Below, in pieces: positions 11,501-24,288 of a DNA stretch of 64,000 bases (the first letter of the stretch is position 1; each line of letters begins with the position of its first letter). Under the pieces are notes generated by a model. It did no database searches. It was not told where the DNA came from and was given only the letters and a program-made list of their open reading frames with translations. This stretch comes from Antedon mediterranea (lineage: Eukaryota; Animalia; Echinodermata): assembly GCF_964355755.1 (NCBI RefSeq), contig NC_092670.1, forward strand, positions 14,680,795 through 14,744,794, read 5' to 3'. The translations under genes were made by a program, and so were the position numbers.

Positions 11501-14500
11501 ATGGCGTCCATGGATTACAAAGGTCTCACCCAGTTACCTATCTTGCGCCGCGTAGGGGCGCTATACAATCTTTGGTTTGACCACCCTAAACCAATTTCTG
11601 AAGTCAAATTCTCTGGACCTCAAAGTGCATACGAAAGTTGATCTAGCTACTAGAGTAACTGTACGTCTTTATTTTCAATTCAAGACAGAGAGACAATTTG
11701 AACCGTGGTAACCACCAGCGCATTTAAGACGTTTAATTGCACCAGGACAAGTAGCCGGCCTGCGATTTTTTTTTTCGTACATAAGTTGGGGACCCCCTCA
11801 TGAAACGTCACAAAATAAACATGAATAATTCATCAATTAAATTTTCTTGTTCCGTGTGCACCCAAGCGTATAGCAACAAGAAGTGATTACACAATACACA
11901 AGTGCGGTACGATTCTAGGCCTATCTCCGCTTTTGTTGCGGCGTGCGATTTCATAGAAGAATAGCGGCGTTTTGTGTGGATTGTCGAAATAATCAGCCTT
12001 TAGTAAGTTTATGGTGTTTTCAATATAATTTTTTACTAAAGAATTACGTGTTAAAACTATAGTTTCTATTAATACTATTAGGCCTAATTATTAGTCTCTA
12101 AACCCATGTCTATTCTAGTTATAGTAGCTGTGTGGATTTGTGTGACGTGTGTGTGTTAGGTATGACCAAAGATAGTTACACTATAGTGTAACTATCTTTG
12201 GTATGACACAATCCGAGTAATAAGTCAGCAAAATTAAACAATAAACATTACACAAAAATACATTTTTATTCTCGTGGGTCAAATCTTCCCATCTCATGTG
12301 TTCATATACGCGCATTTTTAAAGTTCCTTTGAGTACATGCATATTGTTTGATAATAAAATAGCAGAATTAAAAAAATACAGTACACAAATTATACACATT
12401 CTTTATTCTTGTGGGTCTAAGCTTTCTTTGGGCTATGTCCAATGAATTACTACTTAGTTTAATGTCTTGCCGTACTTGCCTAGCAGTCGATTAGCCTCGA
12501 CTCGACACATTTTGTGTGAAGAAGAGTGCGCGAAGGCAATCACGTGAATTTACTTAGAATCCTAGGCCTACTGTAGAAAGTATCGTATCGCAGTTGTGTA
12601 ATCACTTCTTGTTGCTATACGCTTGGGTGCACACGGAACAACAAATTTAACTGATGAATTATTCATGTTTATTTTGTGACGTTTCATGAAGGGGTCCCCA
12701 ACTTATGTACGAAAAAAAAAAATCGCAGCCGGCCTATTAACCACCTGCGCATTTAAGACGTTTAATTTCACCAGGACAAGTAACCACCTGCGCATTTTAG
12801 AAGTTACTGTGCACATGACCGGTGGTAGACTTTTTAGTTCAGAATCATGGTTTACTCATTATCAGAAAAGAATTTGGAGTGAGTCGGCTGTGAACCTGTC
12901 AGTCACTGAAATCTCTCTATAAGTTTTATTTCTATTTAATATTGACCACAAATGTAAAACCCACCTTTGCATTCAGCATATGATGAGCTGTATTGTCCAT
13001 TATCACAAGATATTGTTGTTTCTCCTACCAATGTATAGCCAACATCACATGTGAATGTAATAGATCCTCCATGAGTATACCTACCAGTGTACTGACCATT
13101 TACAATACTGATGGATGACTCACAGTTAGCTAGAGAAAAGGACATACACATGTACTTAGAAGTCGCTAATTTAGCTAAAGTAAATATACATTATTATTTT
13201 TCACATTATTAGTAATGTCTGAATGTATTTATTGTTACCACCTTTGCATTTCGCAAATGATGAGATCTATTTTCTCGAAGATCAGAGCACATAAAGGTAC
13301 GTGTAACACTTTTCACAAATTTTCTTCTCTAAAGAAATGGTGATGGTACGGCGGTGTCAATAAGAATCTTAAACATAAATTAAAAACTGCCCAAAACAAG
13401 ATGGCACGTTTCATTTTAAATGTTGGTCCAAGGTCTCACATACGTGCCAAAAAGCTTTCCGATCTTGGGTTTCTTAATGTCAGCCTCAGAAATAAGTTTT
13501 TAAGATTAAATTATGTTCACAAAATTCGCTATATAACTTTAATACGCCTTCTTTCCTTAAGGATAACTTTTTGTTAATTTATGATCATCATAACCATTTC
13601 ACCAGGGGTACAACATTTAATTTTGTCACTCCTAAGGCTACTGGCATGGCGTTAATGATTCGACTTTTTATTTCTTAGGTATCCGTGACTGGAACAGGCT
13701 CCCCAATTCACTCAAATCAATACAAAATAATGCAACCTTCAAAATAAAACTTAAAGAATATTTTAATAATGAACAGCTTGGAATATCAGTTTAATTAAGT
13801 TATTTTTTAATAATTATTGTTTTTTGATGTTATCTTGTCTTATATGTATTTTCTTGTTTTTTCAATTTTACTGCGTCCAACTTAATGATATATTGTACTA
13901 GGCCCAACCACTCACTTTTTCAGTTAATACGGATTGGACCCCATTGGAAATAAGTTTACTTTTATTTGTCGACTTAATGGGTTATCCTGGTATCCTTTTT
14001 GTACATTGTATATTTTAACTTTTGTGTATGAATATCGAATAAAATCAATCAATCAATCAATCAATCAAAAGCATCGTTACATGTCATAATTATACTGTAC
14101 ATTAAATGTATGATAAGTATAAGTTTACTCAATAGCTATTGTAAAATCATGAACATTCTAACACAATATTAATTATTTCCTACAATAAAATAACCTTACC
14201 AAAACAGCGAGGAGGTTTCTCTAAAAAAACACCATTCCGACAATGTAGGTATTCATTTCCAACTAGTTTATATCCATCTAAACAATTGAACTGAATCACA
14301 CCACCGTGCTTGATCGATCCATTAAAACGGTGCCATTCAAGTGGTGTCAGTTGACAATGGGCTATTAATAAAACATATGAAATAATTATTGTTTAAAAAT
14401 ATTACAAATGTGTTGTTAGGATGGGGCCTGTCCGCGCATTTTGAAATAATTTCTAGAAGTACAACGATTTTCCATTTTATTCTGCCCTGACATTATTGCT

Positions 14501-15892
14501 GTAAATTTGTGATAAAACATTCAACAAGAGCCATACAGATTTTGAGTACTGTATACGTACATCAAATAAAATTATACAATGTAATTATAATTTTAAATTT
14601 AAAAAAAAGTAAATATAATACTGTAAATATAATAATGTAAAAATATTGAAGGATTGAAAATTTGATCCGGTGGTGTTTTATTGAAGCAATTTGGATTGAA
14701 TTTCAATTTCCAAATGCCACTCCTTATTTCAAGTTAACTGTAAAGACATTCCAATGCACTTCTAATGACTCTTTTATGAGGATTACTGTATACGTGACGT
14801 CATTATCTTGACAGCAAATTATAATTAAAAAAATATTAGATGATTGAAGATATTAGAATAAGAACAGAACATTTATTTAATAGATATCAGTAATACTAAT
14901 ATTATCAACAGGTACCCACATTGTATGTATAAACAAATTCTGATCCATTTACAGAAAGTTTCTAGGACATTTTGCGCATTTAAATTTTTTTTTTTTTTGT
15001 ATTTTATATTTTGGGTTTTTTTTTTATCTAAAGATTAAAGTGATTCTAAAATTTACGGTATCACCTATTTCGTATGGTTGGCGTATTTTGTGGGGTTCGC
15101 TTTTGAGGTCTGCTTGCTTTAGAAATAGAAACACCCTGCTGGTTCAGTTGTGTTGTGCTTATTAAGTCAATTTTTTTTTAGGAGACTGTTAAAAAGTCTA
15201 TCATCTATTAAAGAATCGTGTGAACTAATTAATCAAAATAGCTTTGTTGTTTTCTATTAAAATTTGTCCCTGAATTTTAAAATAAAATACTGTGACGTAA
15301 ACGTGATAATTAATCAATACAAAATAATTATCTTGTATTTAATTATTTTATTATTAAGTGTCAATATAATTATATGTGCAATACGATTTGTTTGCGCGGA
15401 TCATCTAATCTTAATGATAAATTCATGTCTATAGTTTTTTTAATGCAATAATCGAAAAATCATCAACATTTGACAAGCTATCATTTCAATACAAATCAGT
15501 TTATCGTTAAGTTATTAAATAATGCAATTATTAAACGAAATAATCATACAATATCAATTACATCTTACTTTTGTTTCTCCTGTAAGTGTAAGTCAATATA
15601 CATGTCTCTGGATAATAATTTTTTTCAACTGCTAAAAAAAATCAACAATGAATCTAATTATATAGATGATTTTTTTGTTCGTAATATGTTAACTACTGTT
15701 ATTGTAATATTAATTTATATTATCGTAGTCGTCGTCCACTGATTTCCATAAAACATCGAAACCAACCCTTGAAAAAGAAAAAAACAAACAAAACAACTTA
15801 CTATTAGCCGGAGATTGTGGGGGTGTATTTCCAAAAACATAGGAGTTGATCACCAGGAAAAACAAAGAAAAAACAATTATTCTTTTTCTCAT
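8526..15892 (-). CDS. Small secreted Sushi/CCP-domain protein, copy A (signal peptide + 3 CCP; 3' end uncertain, possibly pseudogenic)
   Basis: Exons with GT/AG: 15892-15802 (MRKRIIVFSLFFLVINSYVFGNTPPQSPAN), 14361-14200, 13129-12965, 8689-8526 (164 nt, ends phase 0). Candidate next exon starts at 8239. Truncated pseudo-exon at ~13240-13275. Confidence 0.7.
8991..10295. repeat. Fragments of a Tc1/pogo-type MITE family forming a ~30-bp inverted pair around a nested element
   Basis: CATCTTTATTTGGGGTATAATATGGTAATA (~8993-9022) is the reverse complement of ~10200-10229; AATAAACGCC-type motifs recur at ~28600-28960. Confidence 0.45.
9245..10197. mobile_element. Non-autonomous element ending in a ~190-bp hairpin; superfamily not established
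   Basis: Imperfect palindrome at 10003-10191 (GGTTAAATATAAGATTTGACATCCCC...GGGGATGTCAAATCTTATATTTAACC); no TSD seen. Confidence 0.45.
10500..11655. repeat. Interspersed repeat with internal GGGTCAAAGGTCA/TGACCTTTTGACC duplicated ~300-bp modules, interrupted by a MITE
   Basis: 10525-10810 and 10820-11110 are similar to each other; the sequence resumes after 11580. Confidence 0.5.
11123..11575. mobile_element. MITE with ~45-bp TIRs (CCAAAGAT...) and 5-bp TSD
   Basis: CCAAAGATTATGTAGCGCCGCTACGCGGCGCAACATAGGTAACTG matches the inverted right end with few mismatches; TSD TTTGA at 11118-11122 and 11576-11580. Confidence 0.85.
11754..12734. mobile_element. MITE with long (~140+ bp) TIRs and TA flanks
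   Basis: 11754-11895 is the reverse complement of ~12593-12734 (GCCGGC.TGCGATTTTTTTTTTCGTACATAAGTTGGGGACCCC...). Confidence 0.85.
12166..12201. mobile_element. 36-bp perfect palindromic mini-element with CCAAAGAT termini and 5-bp TSD
   Basis: TATGA-CCAAAGATAGTTACACTATAGTGTAACTATCTTTGG-TATGA. Confidence 0.8.
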
Positions 15893-18338
15893 TTTAGTTG
15901 ATGTACACAGCACATACATAACATGTATGTGCTATGTATAATACGCTGGTGGCAATGATTGACTTCACAAACAAGTATCATAGTTGAAACATACTGTAAG
16001 CAAAACAAGTTAAATATTAATGCCACGTGATGTTCAATGTATTTTCAATTGTTATAACAGCTTATCAATAAATAGTAAATTGTTTAGGCTATTATTGATG
16101 GTTAATATTGAATAAACTCTGCTATTGAAACTGCGATCAATTTCATATCAAAAATTAATGTATGATTACCTAGTTTGATTTACCATTATGTACTTGTAAC
16201 CATGGAGCTATAAATTAGAATAATGTATAGCTCTATGCTTCAACCTTTCACCAACAAACAAGATATATTTATCTTATCTATAATTAAGAAACTGGCTTTA
16301 AAATCGAATAACATTAATGGACGAACATACAAGCAGAACCCCTATTCTGAGAACACTGATATTAAAAACAATAAACTCTGATAACACTAATAATAACACT
16401 CATTTAAAAAAAAACTATTTTAATCTCCGAGTATAGTAACAAACATAAATAGTTTATTAATAGGGGTTTTCTCGAGAAACAAGAAACCCATGCCATCCAA
16501 CATTCAACTTATATTGTAACGTTTTCAATGCATTGTAAGAGTAAGTTAAAACCATTTACTGTCAAGCAATGTTTCTACAGAGTAAGGTTATGATTTAGAT
16601 ATAAATATAAAATTAGATATGGAAATAAAACTACATTATTTTCAATAAAAGCCTTTCATAGAAAATTTCAGTTGCGTACCTTTATTGAACGTCATATCCG
16701 AACGGTATAGAACTCATTAAATAATTATAATTTCTGGGTTTTTTTTTTCAACTGGAGGTACAATTTATTCACGATATCTAGTAGTATGTACTCCGTCTCC
16801 GCTGTCAGACATGCCTACGGGGTGATCCTGGGATGGGCTGTCCTATGCTAAATACATCGTCTCCGTCACGCTCATATCCGTCACATTTCCCAATGTTTCG
16901 TTGTGACGGAGATGACGGCCTTTTGTTGTTGCCAGGGCCTTTTTCTGTTGTACATTTTGTATATCCATGGAGAATTCTCCATGATATATCTTTATTATGT
17001 TATTACATTGTATATATATATATGTGACTCTGGCCAATAAACATATTCAAATCAAATTTTAAAGTCATTTCCGTCGCATCATTTTGAGGTTCGTACATAT
17101 CCGTCACGGTTTAATCTCCGTCACATGGATATTTTATCCTTTTAAATAAATCCTAAAATATTTCAGTAATGAACGCAACTATGTGGTATAAATGAAATAT
17201 AAACAATATTCTTATACTATGTCAATGGTTAGTAATATTAGTTGTAAATTTTGTAAAACATCAGTCATAGGCCTACTATTTTTTTAAATTAATATTTTTT
17301 GGAATTATAGTAAATGGTTTTGAACATATAACATCATACTAATAAATGCTAAAACAGTCATTTTTTTATTAATCGAGAAAAAAATACTGTATAGTATCAA
17401 ACAATTAATAATGGAAATAGTTTTATAATTCCTAATCCGTTATTTTTTCTATCTTTGTATATTCCATGTGACGGATATGACAGCAACATGAAACCATGTT
17501 CGAATAAATACAAATTATATAATAAAGATTGCGCCAAACATACGCTTGCCATGTAATACATGTTCATTTATCTGAATAAACTTTAACAATTAAAAAAAAA
17601 GTTTTATAATCGATTTTTTATGAACCTGAAATTAGACACTTACTGAAGAATGACCCATTCATATTAACGGAATAATACAGGTGTTCATAAGACAAAAAAT
17701 ATTTCTTACAAAAAACGCTGCTCGCTTATTTATGTAACAGTTTTAAAGATATATTGTCCCTCTGAAAAATATTTTTTATTTCAAATTTGTTTTTGAATGT
17801 GTCATTTTATTGTCACATAATAGTTATTTTACCTGAAAAAATGTAATTTAAAACAAAAAATATTAAATTGTCTGTCAGACAATCAGACAATGGGTTATAA
17901 TTAAACGTTTCTTTTCTCTTTTTATACGTGAATAAATATTATTTTTTTGTTACAGAAGTGATAACTTTGATATGAAACACGGACTAAATTTCTTTCACTT
18001 TAGTTTATTTTATTGCTAAGGTCAAGTCTGGGGGTCACTTCATCACGCCTAGATACTTCAAGTGTGAAGTATCCTATTACAAACAAAACTTTAATGGACT
18101 GTTTTGATAATAATTCAATGATTATCTGACAGCGAATTATATATATCGGTCAAATACCAGAAATGCTTTGGGATTTGTAATTTTAGCATGACGTGTCCTA
18201 ATAGACTCTCTTTTTTGGGTCCAGCAGCTGGGACCTATAAAGTATAGTCGCGTTTCCATTTTCGCAAAAACGTCAGTCTCTTTAGTACTATAACTGCTGC
18301 TTGCTTTCTGCTTATAAAGGAGTCATCTCTTGTGATGA
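12960..18338 (+). repeat. Segmental duplication, copy A (paralog ~22050-27106)
   Basis: Colinear exons, introns and upstream region. Near-identical over 15780-18338, more diverged over 12960-15750. Confidence 0.9.
13331..14068 (+). mobile_element. 5'-truncated L2/CR1-group LINE
   Basis: RT C-terminal KLKTAQNKMARFILNVGPRSHI...LGFLNV, GIRDWNRLP; 3' AATAAA(ATCA)n tail; absent from the paralogous site at ~22417. Confidence 0.8.
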
Positions 18339-19158
18339 AATGAAAAATAAAGATGAAAAAAATCAAATTTTGAATAGCCCGTTTTGTAGTTAACATAAAG
18401 TTATTCACTTCCACCGAAAAAAAATCCGAAAAAAATATTGATTTCGCTTATAAAAAAATCAAAATAAGTTTACCATTTTTTCGAACTCATCGGCTCAGAA
18501 ATTAAGCCGGTAGAGCTAACTCATACATATGCATGATATGTTAATGAGCATCCACACAGCAGAGATCTGATCTAACAATGGACGATGCACGTTGTATGTA
18601 CAACAACACCACCAGAGATCGACGCGACTCGACTGTGGGTTTCCCTGGCCTGATCGTATAAATATGTAAAGCTGAGCTGTTAATTTGTCGGTAAGTAGGC
18701 CTAGACGGTTATTTTAAATATAATAATATATATAACGCAATAATAACAGGAAGGTAAATTAATTAACTTAGCCTGGGATTTTTTCAGTTCAGGGCTAGGC
18801 CTAGAATAATTAATACATGCTGCTGCATATTACTAATACTAGGCTAGTATCCGTAGCAACATGATGGAGGTATAAAATGGTACTCCCAAAGATGCCAATC
18901 ACCCCATGAACCTCCATGATCAGCCCAACGACTGTTGCATATGTATAGACGATTATCTGTAATAAAAAAAAATGTCTGAGTTCACATGTGTAATGTATTC
19001 AAAACAAAGGCAGTGTTAACAGGGGTACCCGACAGGGGTACGCAACGGGTTTTTTAAATAATATTGTGTATATGTAAATCAATTGTGTTGCGTAGCACTG
19101 TGTAAATTATATTAAATCATACTGTTAAGTTATAGAAACAGTGCTCATATTCGGAACA

Positions 19159-19423
19159 TGATCTTATAATCGCGTCGAGCCTCAATTGATTGTGAGGGCG
19201 TTTGTTGCATGAGAGAATCTAACTTGTGGGTGAAAATCTGCGATAATACCATATATGTTTTTCCTAAGGGAGGTGAATTAATTTGAAATATGGCTCTGTG
19301 GTCTAGTGGTATGATACTCGCCCTGTAAGCGAAAGGTCGCCGGTTCAAATCCCGTCAGAGACATATATTCATAGAACTAAAAAAATATGCCGATGAGCTA
19401 TGCTCGACGGGATTATAAGATCA
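19159..19423. mobile_element. 265-bp TIR-bounded element carrying a tRNA-like gene
   Basis: TGATCTTATAATCGCGTCGAGC (19159-19180) versus GCTCGACGGGATTATAAGATCA (19402-19423), 21/22 inverted match; no TSD seen. Confidence 0.65.
19292..19363 (+). tRNA. tRNA-like gene or pseudogene: tRNA-Pro-like body with TGT (Thr) anticodon
   Basis: GGCTCTGTGGTCTAGTGGTATGATACTCGC-CCTGTAA-GCGAAAGGTCGCCGGTTCAAATCCCGTCAGAGACA; A and B boxes present; mismatches in acceptor, anticodon and T stems. Confidence 0.55.
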
Positions 19424-19835
19424 AAGAAGATAGCTTGGTAGATATAAACAATTTTGGAATAAAACTAAAAAAACAGCTTAAATGATGGTTAATATTGAAA
19501 TTTAAATTTAGGTAGTCAATGGAGTAATTTTACCGATCTGTGAGTACCCTATGTTCCTAGTGTTAAGTCCAAAAGTTATGTCATCTTTGTAACATATACT
19601 GTAAATGTATTTTCTATTCAATACAGAGACAATGTGAAAAGTGATAACCACCAGCTTACCTCAAAAGATGTAAGAAGTTTACGTGAATGAGGACAAGCAA
19701 TGTACACGTGACCGATGGTAGACTATTTTTATTTTATTCTTATAAAAAAATAATTTATAATACCAGATCCACAACGTGAGTCGGTTGCGAAGCTACCAAT
19801 GAATGCATTCTATAAACTGATATTTCTATGTAGGC

Positions 19836-22800
19836 CTATATGGCAATAATGTAAAACCCACCTTTGCATTCTGGATAGGATGAGCTGTATTTTCCATTTC
19901 GACACGTTATTTTTGATTTTCCAACCAATGTATAACAAGCATCACATGTGAATGCAATGGATCCTCCATGAGTATAGCTACCAGAGTACTGACCATTTAC
20001 AATACTGATGGATGATTCACAATTAGCTGGAAATATTAAGTAGTATATTAGGAAGCTTAATGTTTCTTGCATTAAAACTTATTCCTATTGGTGAACTTTA
20101 TAAAAATAAGCTTTCAGAAACATGTTGTTTGTGTTTTAGTAGTATTAGTCACTTATATAGCCAGCAATGTACACGTGACCGATGGTAGACTTGCTATTCT
20201 ATGGTTTATTCATTATCAGAAAATACTTTATAATACCAGAACCACAGAATAGTGAGGCGATTGCGAACATATGCTACTAAAATCGCTCTATACCGTAACT
20301 GATAGTTCTATGTAGGCCTATATGACAATAATGTAAAACCCACCTTTGCATTCTGGATAGGATGAGCTGTATTTTCCATTTCCACACGTTATTGTTGATT
20401 TTCCCACCAATGTATAACCAGCATCACATGTGAATGTAATGGATCCTCCATGAGTATAGCTACCAGTGTACTGCCCATTTACGATGCTTATGGATGATTC
20501 ACAGTTAGCTGGGGAGAGGACACACAGATGCATTTAGAAGTCGCAAGTATGCGATTGTGGCTAAGGTCCATAGAGACTCTTTGGGAAAACAAAATATACC
20601 AACATATATAGTAATACCTACCTTTGCATTCAGCATACGATGAGCTATATTGTCCATTATCACAAGTTATTGTTGTTTCTCCTACCAATGTATAACCAGC
20701 ATCACATGTGAATGTAATGGATCCTCCATGAGTATAGCTACCAAAGTACTGACCATTTACAATACTGATGGACGATTCACAATTAGCTGGAAATATCAAG
20801 TAGTATATTAGGAAGCTTAATGTTTCTTGCATTAAAACTTATTCTTATTGGTGAACTTTATAAAAATAAGCTTTCAGAAACATGTTGTTTGTGTTTTAGT
20901 AGTATTAGTCACTTATATAGCCAGCAATGTACACGTGACCGATGGTAGACTTGCTATTCTATGGTTTATTCATTATCAGAAAATACTGTATAATACCAGA
21001 ACCACAGAATAGTGAGGCGATTGCGAACATAATGCTACTAAAATCGCTCTATAACTGATATTTCTATGTAGGCCTATATGGCAATAATGTAAAACCCACC
21101 TTTGCATTCTGGATAGGATGAGCTGTATTTTCCATTTCCACAAGTTATTGTTGATTTTCCCACCAATGTATAACCAACATCACATGTGAATGTAATGGAT
21201 CCTCCATGAGTATAGCTACCAGTGTACTGACCATTTACAGTGCTAATGGATGACTCACAGTTAGCTGAAGATATTAGGTAATTTTATTAGGAAGCTTTTA
21301 TAATGTTTCTTGCATTTAAACTTATTTCTGTTGGTGAACTGTGTCAACATATGCTTTCCTAAACCTTTTGTTGGGTTGTCGCAGTATCATCTATTTATAT
21401 AGCGCAGCCTATTCACGAAGATCACAGCGCCAAAGATATTAACGCTTTCAATAATATTATTAATCTCTAAAAGTTATGTCTTCTTGTTTGCAACATAAAC
21501 TGTACATGTCTTTATTTTCTATTCAAGACAGACAATTTGAACTGTGGATCTCAAAGAATTTAAGAAGTTGAAGTTCACCGGGACAAGCAATGTAAATGTG
21601 ACCGGCGGTAGACTTTCTATTCTATGGTTGATTCATTATCAGAAAAGACTCTATTACAGAACCTTGAACTGAGTCGTTTGCGAACCTATGCCAATGAACT
21701 CCCTTTATAAATGTTATTTCTATGTAGGCCTATATGGCCACAAATGTAAACCCACCTTTGCATTCCGGATATGTTGAGTTGTATTGTCCATTATCACAAG
21801 TTATTGTTGTTTCTCCTTCTAATGTATAACCAGCACCACATGTGAATGTAATGGATCCTCTATGAGTATAGCTACCAGTGTACTGACCATTTACAATACT
21901 GATTGATGACTCACAGTTAGCTATGGAGAAAGTTTTATCATATATCATTAATAAATGGCACTAAAATGTCATTGCCTAAAACTTTCAAGTAATAGACAAT
22001 GTGCAACTAATATTAAATTATAATACGTGTTCAAGACATTGCATACATACCTTTACATACAGCATATGATGAGCTGTATTGTCCATTATCACAAGTTATT
22101 GTTGTTTCTCCTACCAATGTATAACCAACATCACATGTGAATGTAATGGATCCTCCGTGAATATAGCTACCAGAGTACTGACCGTTTACAATACTGATGA
22201 ACGATTTACAGTTAGCTAGAGAAAAGTACATACACATGTATTTAGAAGTCGCTAATTTTAGCTAAGGTAAATATACATTTATTATTTTTCACATTATTAG
22301 TAATGTGTGAATGTATTTATTGTTACCACCTTTGCATTTCGCAATTGATAAGCTCTATTTTCTCGAAGATCAGAGCACATAAAGGTACGTGAACACTTTT
22401 CTCAATTCTTCTTCTCTAATTATGTTGTACATTCAATGTATGATAAGTATAATTTTACCCATTAGCTATTCTAATTCTAACACAATATTAAGTTAAATTT
22501 CCTATAATAAAATAACCTTACCAAAACAGTGAGGAGGTTCCTCTAAAAAAACACCATTTCGACAGTGTAAATAATCATTTCCAACTAGTTTATATCCATC
22601 CAAACAATCGTACTGAATCACGCCACCGTGCTTGATCGAACCATTAAAACGACCGTTTTCAAGTGGTGTCGGTTGACAATGGGCTATTAATAAACCATAT
22701 GAAATAATTATTCTTTAAAAATATTATAAATGTGTTGTTAGGATGGGGCGTTCCCGCGCCTTTTGAAATAATTTCTAGAAAGTACACTAATTTTCCCTTT

Positions 22801-24288
22801 TATTCTGCCCCTGACATTATTGCATAGAAGGCCTATTGATCATTGCGAGAAGAATGAAAAAATGGTTTTCATGAAAACCATTGAAAAAGAATAAACAAAA
22901 CACGAGATCTGTAAATTTGTGATAAACCATTAAACAAGAACCATACAGATTTTACATATACAGTACTGTATACGTAAATCAAATAAAATTATACAATGTA
23001 ATTATAAATTTAAATTATAAAAAAGTAAATATACTACTGTAAATATGATAATGTAAAAATATTGAAAGATTCAAAATTTGAAGATCCGGTGGTGTTTTGT
23101 TGAAGCAATTTGGTTTGAATTTCAATTTCCAACTACCACTCCTTATTTCAAGTTGTAAAGACATTCCAATGCACTTCAAATGACTCTTTTATGAGGATAT
23201 TGTGACGTCATTATCTTGACAGCAATTTGTAATAAAAATTAGATGATTAAAGATTTTAGAATAAACATAATATTTATTTAAAAATTGTAAGTAGGAAATA
23301 CTAATATTATCAAAAGAAAATGACAGGTACCCAAATTATATGTTTAAACAAATTCTGATCCATTTAGAGAAAATTTCCAGGACATTTTGAGCATTTAAAA
23401 ATGCGGTGCATGTTTTTTTTATCTAAAGATTAAAGCGACCAATTTCTTTTAATATAATCCTAAAATTTACGGTATCACCTATTTCGTAGGGTTGGCGTAT
23501 TTTGTGGGGTTCGCTTTTGAGGTCTGCTTGCTTTAGAAATAGAAACACTGCTGGTTCAGTCGTGTTGTGCTTATTAAGTCAATTTTTTAGGAGACTGTTA
23601 TAAAGTCTATTCATCTATTAATGAACTGATAATAAGAATCGTGTGAACTAATTAATCAAAATAGCTTTTGTTTTTTTCTATTAAAATTTTACTCTGAATT
23701 TTAAAATAAAATATAACTGACGTAAACGTGATAAATAATCAATACAAATTAATTATCTTGTATTTATTTATTTTATTATTAAGTGTCAATATAATTATAT
23801 GTGCAATACGATTTGTTTGCGCGGATCATCTAATCTTAAAGATAAATTGTATGTCTATAGTTTTTTTAATGCAATATTAAAAAAATCACCAACATTTGAC
23901 AAGCTATCATTTCAATACAAATCAGTTTATCGTTAAGTTATTAAATAATGCAATTATTAAATGAAATAATCATACAATCTCAATTACATCTTACTTTTGT
24001 TTCTCCTGTAAGTGTAAGTGAGTATACATGTCTCTGGATAATAAGAATCATTTTTTTCAACTGCTAAAAAAAATCAATAATTAATCTAATTATATAGATG
24101 ATTTTTATCATAATATGTTGCAATATGTTAACTACTGCTATTGTATATTATCGTAGTCGTCGTACAACAAAAGAAAAAAACAAACAAATCAACTTACTAT
24201 TATCCGGAGATTGTGGGGGTGTATTTCCAAAAACATAGGAGTTGATCACCAGGAAAAACAAAGAAAAAACAATTATTCTTTTTCTCAT
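19836..24288 (-). CDS. Small secreted Sushi/CCP-domain protein, copy B (signal peptide + 7 CCP)
   Basis: Exons 24288-24198 (signal peptide), 22683-22522, 22215-22051, 21920-21756, 21264-21100, 20786-20622, 20508-20344, 20026-19862; all Sushi exons are phase 1-1 and open. The end is either read-through GGFYIIAI* (19836) or splicing further downstream. Confidence 0.78.

Noticed and set aside
16833-17037. ORF duplicated at 25206-25433
   Set aside because: Conserved only because it lies in the near-identical duplication; it is built on ATCCGTCAC repeat motifs and the stop differs between copies.
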